A stretch of DNA of 51,681 nt, taken from IMG/VR virus record IMGVR_UViG_3300047392_000113, positions 119,152 through 170,832 of that record; one strand, given 5' to 3'. A program made the position numbers and the translations under genes. Shown in pieces: positions 19,084 through 24,811 of this stretch (its first letter is position 1; each line of letters opens with the position of its first letter). The notes under the pieces are model-generated. The model was not told the origin of the DNA and ran no database searches. It worked only from the letters and a program-made list of their open reading frames with translations. Origin of the DNA: a virus (Duplodnaviria; Heunggongvirae; Uroviricota; Caudoviricetes).

Positions 19084-19120
19084 AAAACCCTCTGAGACGA
19101 AAGTCCAGAGGGTTTTTTGT
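19084..19120 (+). terminator. Intrinsic terminator overlapping an alternative antiterminator
   Basis: AAAACCCTCTG...GAAA...CAGAGGGTTTTTT. Confidence 0.85.
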
Positions 19121-19158
19121 TTATACTCTACCATCGTGTGGGGTTATTTTTGAAGGTG

Positions 19159-19187
19159 TTGACTTCCGTAGTTTTTTACTGTAGAAT
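19159..19187 (+). promoter_or_regulatory. sigma70 promoter for the tRNA array
   Basis: TTGACT-N17-TAGAAT. Confidence 0.8.
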
Positions 19188-19294
19188 TCAATCCCTTAGT
19201 TAGTCGAAAGACTTACTGAAAGATCTTTAAAAATTTGCGTACCATTTTAATGAGTCACTAGCGAAGGTTCGCTGGTAGCTAGTGACTCTTTTGT

Positions 19295-19368
19295 TCCCGA
19301 GTAGTGTAGTGGTAACACACCAGACTTTGACTCTGTTATTGTAGGTTCGATTCCTACCTCGGGTGCCA
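19295..19368 (+). tRNA. tRNA-Gln(UUG)
   Basis: Cloverleaf, loop CT-TTG-AC, GTTCGA, CCA. Confidence 0.92.
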
Positions 19369-19450
19369 AACAAAAGCACATTATGTAACCTGAAGTGCGG
19401 TCACAGGACATCGAAAGGTGTGGTAGCCGTGATAGTGTGCCTTTGTTTGG
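19366..19450 (+). ncRNA. Unknown structured RNA closed by a stem starting at the tRNA CCA
   Basis: CCAAACAAA/TTTGTTTGG and GCACATTA/TAGTGTGC stems; CCTG/CAGG and ACATC-GAAA-GGTGT hairpins; possible pseudoknot. Confidence 0.55.
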
Positions 19451-19474
19451 TAACAATGTTCAAGGAGAACGACA

Positions 19475-19495
19475 ATGAAACGTGCTAAACGTTAG
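19475..19495 (+). CDS. Minigene MKRAKR (TAG stop)
   Basis: AAGGAG RBS, then ATG AAA CGT GCT AAA CGT TAG and a CTCAGA/TCTGAG hairpin. Confidence 0.5.
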   Translation: MKRAKR

Positions 19496-19555
19496 TGTCG
19501 CTCAGATCCCCCGTATGGTCTGAGTTGGCACGTAAAATCAAAACAATACGTACAA

Positions 19556-19631
19556 CCACTCGTGGCGTTAATGGTAGCGTACATGACTCTTAATCATCGA
19601 GGTCTGAGTTCGAATCTCAGCGAGTGGACCA
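19556..19631 (+). tRNA. tRNA-Lys(CUU)
   Basis: Loop CT-CTT-AA, CCA. Confidence 0.92.
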
Positions 19632-19634
19632 TAT

Positions 19635-19709
19635 GGGGGTATAACTTAACGGCTAAAGTAGCTGGCTTTTAACCAGTTAATCAGAGTTCGATTCTCTGTG
19701 CCCCTACCA
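19635..19709 (+). tRNA. tRNA-Lys(UUU)
   Basis: Loop CT-TTT-AA, CCA. Confidence 0.92.
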
Positions 19710-19791
19710 TATGAAAACACATTCTAAAACATAAAGATTTAGGATCATCAAGGGATACTTTCAGCACATCCCCGAGTGTGTTTCTATATGG
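19707..19791 (+). ncRNA. Structured RNA closed by a CCA-anchored stem, containing a mini CAGCA element
   Basis: CCATAT...ACACATTC / GAGTGTGT...ATATGG; internal GGGAT-ACTTT-CAGCA-C-ATCCC. Confidence 0.5.
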
Positions 19792-19796
19792 TTTAT

Positions 19797-19871
19797 GGAG
19801 TTGTTAGTTTAGTGGCAAAACCACGGGTTGTGATTCCGTTATCACGAGTTCGATTCTCGTACGACTCCCCA
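19797..19871 (+). tRNA. tRNA-His(GUG)
   Basis: Loop TT-GTG-AT; encoded G-1 and C73; CCA. Confidence 0.92.
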
Positions 19872-19884
19872 AAGAAAATTGTAT

Positions 19885-19960
19885 GCCGAAGTAGCTCATC
19901 AGGTAGAGCAGCAGACTGAAAATCTGTGTGTGGTTGGTTCGAGTCCAATCTTCGGTACCA
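19885..19960 (+). tRNA. tRNA-Phe(GAA)
   Basis: Loop CT-GAA-AA, CCA. Confidence 0.93.
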
Positions 19961-19967
19961 AAATTAT

Positions 19968-20041
19968 TCCCCGTTAGCTCAATGGTAGAGCACTCGACTG
20001 ATAATCGAGCGACAGTGGATCGTAACCACTACAGGGAACCA
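19968..20041 (+). tRNA. tRNA-Ile(GAU)
   Basis: Loop CT-GAT-AA; variant T-loop ATCGTAA; CCA. Confidence 0.88.
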
Positions 20042-20046
20042 AATGT

Positions 20047-20120
20047 ATCTCGCTGGTGTAATGGCAGCATGTCAGTCTCCAAAACTGTTGGTCGGGGTTC
20101 GAGTCCCTGGCGGGATGCCA
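20047..20120 (+). tRNA. tRNA-Trp(CCA)
   Basis: Loop CT-CCA-AA, CCA end. Confidence 0.92.
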
Positions 20121-20125
20121 AATAT

Positions 20126-20200
20126 GGTGATGTAGCATAATGGTAGTGCACCTCCTTCATACGGAGCAAAGTGGTAGTTCGACTCTACTCATCACCACCA
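20126..20200 (+). tRNA. tRNA-Met/Ile2(CAU)
   Basis: Loop TT-CAT-AC; Met versus lysidine-Ile not resolvable by eye. Confidence 0.85.
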
Positions 20201-20206
20201 AGTTTT

Positions 20207-20268
20207 AGGATTCTTTCAGCAAATTTAAAATTCAAACTTATATCTTGAAAAGAAAGCGAATCCTGTTG
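20207..20268 (+). ncRNA. CAGCAA/GUUG family RNA, copy A
   Basis: AGGATTC..CAGCAA..TTCAA/TTGAA hairpin..GAATCCT-GTTG. Confidence 0.7.
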
Positions 20269-20274
20269 TTTTAT

Positions 20275-20349
20275 GTCGCATTAGACTTCTGGTGAGGTCA
20301 TCACCCTTTCAAGGTGACCAGACGGGATCGTAACCCGTATGCGACTCCA
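20275..20349 (+). tRNA. tRNA-Glu(UUC)
   Basis: Loop CT-TTC-AA; T-loop ATCGTAA; CCA. Confidence 0.88.
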
Positions 20350-20354
20350 ATTAT

Positions 20355-20428
20355 CTCTGTGTAGCGTAGTGGTAGCGTTCGTGTTTTGGGGACATGAGGC
20401 GAAGGTTCGATTCCTTCTACGGAGACCA
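20355..20428 (+). tRNA. tRNA-Pro(UGG)
   Basis: Loop TT-TGG-GG, C1-G72, CCA. Confidence 0.88.
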
Positions 20429-20436
20429 AGTTTTAT

Positions 20437-20511
20437 GGGGGCAGTGCTGGGGCACGGCAGTGGCTTGCAACTTCTGCGACTAGATGGATTCGATTTCCAC
20501 GGCTTCCACCA
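20437..20511 (+). tRNA. Atypical tRNA-Ala(UGC)-like gene
   Basis: G3-U70-type acceptor, loop CT-TGC-AA, poor D and anticodon stems, CCA. Confidence 0.55.
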
Positions 20512-20518
20512 ATTTTAT

Positions 20519-20597
20519 TCCGAGAAACCCAAGCAAGGTGCAGGGGCTTGACTGTTAATCAATGGTTAGATGAGTTCGATTCTCATACTCGGAGCCA
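20519..20597 (+). tRNA. tRNA-Asn(GUU)
   Basis: Loop CT-GTT-AA, CCA. Confidence 0.85.
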
Positions 20598-20604
20598 ATT
20601 TTAT

Positions 20605-20680
20605 ACCGTAGAGTTCACCTGATGGTGATAACCGACTGTCTATCGGAGTGTGGCGGGTTTGATTCCCGTCTACGGTGCCA
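20605..20680 (+). tRNA. tRNA-Asp(GUC)
   Basis: Loop CT-GTC-TA; T-loop TTTGATT; CCA. Confidence 0.82.
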
Positions 20681-20683
20681 AGT

Positions 20684-20851
20684 TTTGTAAGTGTAGATGT
20701 TGAGAAAGCAAAGCCTCGAAAACTTTGTGAGCTAACGGTTCGAGTCCGACAACATGGCAGCTAGTAAGTAACGACTATTACTACGTACCTCTAACCCTAA
20801 CGTATACTGGGCGAAATGGTTGCGAATGAGCGAGGCGCAACTACTTACAAA
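20684..20851 (+). ncRNA. Unknown RNA with an internal tRNA-like T-arm
   Basis: Closing TTTGTAAGT/ACTTACAAA; ATGTTG/CAACAT stem enclosing CGG-TTCGAGT-CCG. Confidence 0.55.
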
Positions 20852-20900
20852 TTCAATCTCTCCCTGACATGCGGAGTACAATGTGATAAGTTGTATGTCA

Positions 20901-21012
20901 TCTTAATGAAGTGTATTGCGTGACGCCACGGTCGTAAGAGCCAGCTGGAACGAGAAGACAAAAAGCCTAAGCATGCAGATGGGCTCGCATGGCGCAGTAT
21001 ATTTCATTAAGA
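20901..21012 (+). ncRNA. Unknown RNA with a 20-bp closing stem
   Basis: TCTTAATGAAGTGTATTGCG pairs with CGCAGTATATTTCATTAAGA using three G-U pairs. Confidence 0.6.
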
Positions 21013-21016
21013 TTTT

Positions 21017-21145
21017 GGAGACATGATGTAATGGTAGCATAGCATAGCAAAAAATCAATTCTGTCTGTAGAATTGTTTCCGCAATACTAAAGCTCTAACT
21101 CTGTAAAAGTTCTTGTACGTGGTTCGAATCCCGTTGTCTCCACCA
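21017..21145 (+). tRNA. Oversized (129-nt) tRNA-like gene with an insertion; Tyr-type loop
   Basis: GGAGACA/TGTCTCC acceptor plus ACCA, D-arm, GGTTCGAATCC T-loop, AACT-CTGTAAA-AGTT; about 50 extra nt after the D-arm. Confidence 0.6.
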
Positions 21146-21150
21146 GTTTT

Positions 21151-21216
21151 AGGAAGGGTTCAGCAAATAAAAAAGCTAAACTTTTTGGTTGTCTAGCGAC
21201 AAAAACCTTCCTGTTG
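21151..21216 (+). ncRNA. CAGCAA/GUUG family RNA, copy B
   Basis: AGGAAGGGTT-CAGCAA..GCTA/TAGC hairpin..AACCTTCCT-GTTG. Confidence 0.7.
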
Positions 21217-21224
21217 TATTTTAT

Positions 21225-21299
21225 GCGCCCTTAGTAAAATGAATATTACACAACGCTACGAACGTTGAAGTGGGAGTTTGATTCTCTCAGGGCGTACCA
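21225..21299 (+). tRNA. tRNA-Arg(ACG)
   Basis: Loop CT-ACG-AA, CCA. Confidence 0.88.
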
Positions 21300-21305
21300 A
21301 GTTAT

Positions 21306-21391
21306 GGATGTGATAGAACAATGGCGTTCTAGTGGGCTGTAACCCCATGGTCTTTCGAGATAGGTAGGTTCGATCCCTACCACATCCACCA
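21306..21391 (+). tRNA. tRNA-Tyr(GUA)
   Basis: Loop CT-GTA-AC, long variable arm, CCA. Confidence 0.88.
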
Positions 21392-21397
21392 AGTTTT

Positions 21398-21507
21398 AGG
21401 TTAGGTTCTGCAAAAATAAAATTAGCTGGTTCGATTCCAGCATTATCCACCAAAACTCGAAAGAGACTCGGATGATGTGCCACGGTGGCAATCAAACTAA
21501 CCTGTTG
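21398..21507 (+). ncRNA. CAGCAA/GUUG family RNA, copy C, with a circularly permuted tRNA-like module (YrlA-like)
   Basis: AGGTTAG/CTAACCT-GTTG; CTGCAA variant; T-arm, then ATTATCC/GGATGAT stem, then TGCCAC/GTGGCA hairpin. Confidence 0.7.
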
Positions 21508-21513
21508 TTTAAT

Positions 21514-21603
21514 GGAAGCGTGTCCGAGCGGTTTAAGGAACTAGTCTAGAAAACTAGCGAGTCAGCAATGGCTCCGTGAGTTCGAATCTCACCGCTTCCA
21601 CCA
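21514..21603 (+). tRNA. tRNA-Ser(AGA)
   Basis: CTAGT-CTAGAAA-ACTAG; long variable arm; A73; CCA. Confidence 0.85.
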
Positions 21604-21608
21604 AATAT

Positions 21609-21700
21609 GGAGAGTAATGCAGCGGGGTTGGTCCTGCGACGTGCCTTGAAAACACGGTTCTCAGAAATGGGATGGGGTTCGACTCCTCTGCTCTCCGCCA
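21609..21700 (+). tRNA. tRNA-Ser(UGA)
   Basis: Loop CT-TGA-AA, long variable arm, G73, CCA. Confidence 0.85.
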
Positions 21701-21704
21701 GAAT

Positions 21705-21830
21705 TTAGAGATAGACGATGTGATGAGTCCCTTGTGCGCTAGTGCCCTATTCTTGAGCATGACACACCAGTAGCAACACAAGGTAGTTTAAACTCTCACA
21801 ATCGAGACAACTCCGACGAGTCCTTGAGAA
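21705..21830 (+). ncRNA. Unknown structured intergenic RNA
   Basis: TTAGAGA/TCTCTAA closing stem; CCTTGTG/CACAAGG internal stem. Confidence 0.4.
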
Positions 21831-21878
21831 AGATAGTTGGAACTCTCTAAACCTTTTTATTATTTTATGGAGAAACTT

Positions 21879-22445
21879 ATGCCAAGCGTATTTTTAACAA
21901 GTGACACACACTTTGGTCACGCTGGTGTGTGTAAGTTCTTGCGTGATGACGGTTCTAAATTGAGACCATGGGACAATCCAGAAGAAATGGACGAAGCCAT
22001 GATCAAGATGTGGAATGAAACTGTAAAGCCAACTGACAAGGTCTACCACTTAGGTGATGTAGTGATCAACCGTAAGGCTTTATCTACTTTACATCGGTTA
22101 AACGGTGATAAAGTTTTGATTAAAGGTAACCACGATATCTTTAGGTTGGAAGACTATACTCCGTTCTTCCGAGATATCCGCAGTTACCATGTGATGAATG
22201 GAGTGTTGTTGAGTCACATTCCTGTTCATCCTCAGCAATTGTATCGTTTTGGTTGTAACATCCATGGACACTTGCACAGCAACCGTGTTATGGTTACTGA
22301 CAAGTATGGTGTTACAAAAGTTGACCCACAGTACTACTCTGTATGCGTTGAGCAAACAGACTTCAGACCCATCTTGTTTGAGGACGTCTTGAAGAAGATT
22401 CAAGAGCAGGGTGGTACTGTGGGATTCAAAAACGGTAATCGTTAA
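21879..22445 (+). CDS. Calcineurin-like metallophosphoesterase
   Basis: SDTHFGH, HLGD, GNHD, LSHIP, HGHLH. Confidence 0.92.
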   Translation: MPSVFLTSDTHFGHAGVCKFLRDDGSKLRPWDNPEEMDEAMIKMWNETVKPTDKVYHLGDVVINRKALSTLHRLNGDKVLIKGNHDIFRLEDYTPFFRDIRSYHVMNGVLLSHIPVHPQQLYRFGCNIHGHLHSNRVMVTDKYGVTKVDPQYYSVCVEQTDFRPILFEDVLKKIQEQGGTVGFKNGNR

Positions 22446-22446
22446 T

Positions 22447-22537
22447 AGTGGGTTGGCAGAGTGGCGATTGCAGCAGTTTGCTAAACTGTAGACTCGAGAA
22501 ATCGGGTCCAAGGGTTCGAGTCCCTTACCCACTGCCA
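22447..22537 (+). tRNA. tRNA-Ser(GCU)
   Basis: Loop TT-GCT-AA, long variable arm, CCA. Confidence 0.92.
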
Positions 22538-22641
22538 GTGTTGTGTCGACGACTAATCTCGGTGCTTCCGTTCTCCCGAGTTAAAATAGTTGATTGTGGT
22601 TCTCCCCTGACGAGATAAAACTTTCAACAAGACGGAGCCAT

Positions 22642-22718
22642 GCGGATGTGATGGAATTGGTATACGTGCTTGACTCAAAATCAAGATTCTGCGAGTTCGA
22701 GTCTCGCCATCCGCACCA
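22642..22718 (+). tRNA. tRNA-Leu(CAA), short variable arm
   Basis: Loop CT-CAA-AA, A73, CCA. Confidence 0.9.
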
Positions 22719-22723
22719 GATTT

Positions 22724-22798
22724 GGGCATTTAGCATAATGGTAGTGCCGTCAACTCATAATTGATACGGTTCGAGTTCGAATCTCGGAGTGCCCACCA
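22724..22798 (+). tRNA. tRNA-Met/Ile2(CAU)
   Basis: Loop CT-CAT-AA, CCA. Confidence 0.88.
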
Positions 22799-22827
22799 TT
22801 GACTTGCAACGCTAATTGATGTATAAT
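22799..22827 (+). promoter_or_regulatory. sigma70 promoter
   Basis: TTGACT-N17-TATAAT. Confidence 0.85.
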
Positions 22828-22836
22828 AAAGGTTAT

Positions 22837-22913
22837 GCGGATGTGATGGAATTGGTATACGTATCGGACTTAAAATCCGAGTTTTGTGGGTTCGAGTCCC
22901 ACCATCCGCACCA
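22837..22913 (+). tRNA. tRNA-Leu(UAA), short variable arm
   Basis: Loop CT-TAA-AA, CCA. Confidence 0.9.
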
Positions 22914-22917
22914 GATT

Positions 22918-22993
22918 TCTCGCTTTCGTATAATGGATAATACAGTAGGCTTCTACCCTACGAATATGGGTTCGATTCCTGTAGGCGAGACCA
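22918..22993 (+). tRNA. tRNA-Arg(UCU)
   Basis: Loop CT-TCT-AC, CCA. Confidence 0.9.
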
Positions 22994-23572
22994 TTATTTT
23001 CTAATTCTTTTAATTGATGAAATTGGTATATGATGATAAGAAACATTTTCTTCAGAGAAAATTTGTGCGTCAGGATGAATTGATTTACAATTTTTATCTG
23101 GAGTACACTCACCGAATCTAATACAGATTTTCTGATTACAAGAGTTAATACACTCTATGAAGTTTCCACTATAATCTAGTATGTTTGCTTCAGTAAAGAT
23201 AGAATGTTCGATCTGCCAATTAACTCTTAGAGCATTGACGGTGTCAACCCTAGATTGTATTAATACTCGCTGGTTGTTTTCGTCAAAATCAAATAGTTGA
23301 TTGTTGTTGGCAAAAATGTCGTACCAATATTGTTTGACTTGTTCAGCAGTTTTAAAAAATTTGTGATGATGTATTTGTCTGCTAGATCCGTTTTCCAAAC
23401 GGTCTTGAGTTTTTGAGATGTTGTGAACACCTTTGTAGAAAAAATTTGTATACTTCAAATCAAATTCTTTCTGGAATTTTTCGAATCCTTCTAGATTATT
23501 TTTGTAATCATCGCTGTCTTCGAAAAATAAATTTTCTGTTTTGTTAACTCTAATAATCTCAAGAATGTACAT
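22994..23572 (-). CDS. AT-rich hypothetical protein with a Cys-rich C-terminus, antisense to the tRNA array
   Basis: 192-aa ORF fills the gap between tRNA-Arg and tRNA-Cys; GAGGA RBS on the minus strand. Confidence 0.7.
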   Translation of the reverse strand: MYILEIIRVNKTENLFFEDSDDYKNNLEGFEKFQKEFDLKYTNFFYKGVHNISKTQDRLENGSSRQIHHHKFFKTAEQVKQYWYDIFANNNQLFDFDENNQRVLIQSRVDTVNALRVNWQIEHSIFTEANILDYSGNFIECINSCNQKICIRFGECTPDKNCKSIHPDAQIFSEENVSYHHIPISSIKRIRK

Positions 23573-23588
23573 TCTTTTTCCTCTTTGT

Positions 23589-23664
23589 GTAGGCGTGTCC
23601 CGAATGGCTAGGGAAGTGATTGCAAACCACTTGTATGCAGGTTCGAGTCCTGTCGCCTACTCCA
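23589..23664 (+). tRNA. tRNA-Cys(GCA)
   Basis: Loop TT-GCA-AA, U73, CCA. Confidence 0.88.
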
Positions 23665-23676
23665 GTAAAACTTTAG

Positions 23677-23740
23677 TAACCTACAAAAGTTGAGGGTTAC
23701 TAAAAAACCTGTTGACATGTATTCATATTTAGTGTATAAT
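23677..23740 (+). promoter_or_regulatory. Stem-loop plus consensus sigma70 promoter
   Basis: AGTAACC/GGTTACT hairpin; TTGACA(23712)-N17-TATAAT(23735). Confidence 0.9.
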
Positions 23741-23775
23741 ATAGTCTCATTAGTTGATTATCTTAGTTCTAAAAT

Positions 23776-23849
23776 CCTCTCTAAGTCATTACGTGAAGTC
23801 GGATGCCTGAGGTGAATTTAGAGGTTGGCAGTCATCCACAAAACTGCCA
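23776..23849 (+). ncRNA. Two-hairpin RNA with a possible loop-loop pairing
   Basis: CCTCT..AGAGG stem with GGATG in the loop; TGGCAGT/ACTGCCA stem with CATCC in the loop. Confidence 0.45.
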
Positions 23850-23853
23850 CTTT

Positions 23854-23928
23854 ACTCGGTTCGTCTATCGGTTAGGACATCAGGTTTTCAACCTGAGAAG
23901 ACGAGTTCGACTCTCGTACCGAGTACCA
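23854..23928 (+). tRNA. tRNA-Glu(UUC)
   Basis: Loop TT-TTC-AA, CCA. Confidence 0.9.
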
Positions 23929-24130
23929 TTAGTAGTATCGTTTTGGAAAAATGCAGTGTTCACCTGCATAATGCACTGTCAATGTAATGGATTCTAGATT
24001 GAAGTTATACACAGTTGCGCCAAAGGAAATCAAGGTAAACAGTGGCCACTGTCCTTGTATAAGGTTTGGGCGATAAAAGCAAACGACAATAGGGTTATTG
24101 TTGTCCATAACGAAACGATACTACTAATGG
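23926..24130 (+). ncRNA. About 205-nt RNA closed by a perfect 18-bp stem starting at the tRNA CCA
   Basis: CCATTAGTAGTATCGTTT (23926) / AAACGATACTACTAATGG (24113-24130). Confidence 0.65.
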
Positions 24131-24137
24131 AAATTTT

Positions 24138-24230
24138 GGAGGCATTGTAGATATGGCGTGTTCTGCAGCGGACTGTAAATCCGTTCCCTCGTGGTAAACA
24201 ATGCTGGTTCGACTCCAGCTGCCTCCACCA
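24138..24230 (+). tRNA. tRNA-Tyr(GUA), enlarged D and variable arms
   Basis: Loop CT-GTA-AA, CCA. Confidence 0.8.
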
Positions 24231-24236
24231 AAATTT

Positions 24237-24311
24237 GGCTCGTTCGTATAATGGTTATTACGTCGGATTGTCTATCCGATCACGGGAGTTCGATCCTCCC
24301 ACGAGTCGCCA
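24237..24311 (+). tRNA. tRNA-Asp(GUC)
   Basis: Loop TT-GTC-TA, G73, CCA. Confidence 0.9.
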
Positions 24312-24323
24312 TAAATAAAAAAC

Positions 24324-24397
24324 GCCTCGGTAGTTTAATGGTAGAACGGCATCCTTACACGGTGCATACGGGAGTTCGATTCTCCAACGAGGTACCA
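24324..24397 (+). tRNA. tRNA-Val(UAC)
   Basis: Loop CT-TAC-AC, CCA. Confidence 0.9.
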
Positions 24398-24402
24398 GTT
24401 AT

Positions 24403-24479
24403 TGCGGGTTAGGGAAATGGTTATCCCGTCAGTCTCATAAGCTGAAGGTAGTTGGTTCGATTCCAGCACTCCGCAACCA
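24403..24479 (+). tRNA. tRNA-Met(CAU), possibly initiator-like
   Basis: Loop CT-CAT-AA; TGCGG acceptor; lacks the triple G-C anticodon stem. Confidence 0.8.
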
Positions 24480-24484
24480 GTTTT

Positions 24485-24551
24485 AGGATATTTGCAGCAA
24501 ACAAAAAAGCATTCAACTTGTAATTGAAAAACGCAAAAAGATATCCTGTTG
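24485..24551 (+). ncRNA. CAGCAA/GUUG family RNA, copy F, with an anticodon-stem-loop mimic
   Basis: AGGATAT..CAGCAA..TTCAA-CTTGTAA-TTGAA..ATATCCT-GTTG. Confidence 0.7.
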
Positions 24552-24557
24552 TATTTC

Positions 24558-24631
24558 GCCCTATTAGTATAATGGCATTACACCTGTTTTGTAATCAGGT
24601 TACGGCAGTTCGATTCTGTCATGGGGCACCA
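24558..24631 (+). tRNA. tRNA-Thr(UGU)
   Basis: Loop TT-TGT-AA, CCA. Confidence 0.9.
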
Positions 24632-24638
24632 AATTTAT

Positions 24639-24715
<77 letters not shown>

Positions 24716-24728
24716 TAAGTAGTATTAT

Positions 24729-24805
24729 GCGGATGTGATGGAATTGGTATACGTGTTGGTCTTAGAAGCCAAATTTTGTGAGTTCGAGTCTCACCATCCG
24801 CACCA
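24729..24805 (+). tRNA. tRNA-Leu(UAG), short variable arm
   Basis: Loop CT-TAG-AA, CCA. Confidence 0.9.
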
Positions 24806-24811
24806 TTTTAT

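Noticed and set aside
19091-19110. Hammerhead ribozyme at CTGAGACGAAAG (also CTGAAGT at 19390 and GTGATGAG at 21720)
   Set aside because: None has the full CUGAnGA-stem II-GAAA core; the first is a GNRA-capped terminator
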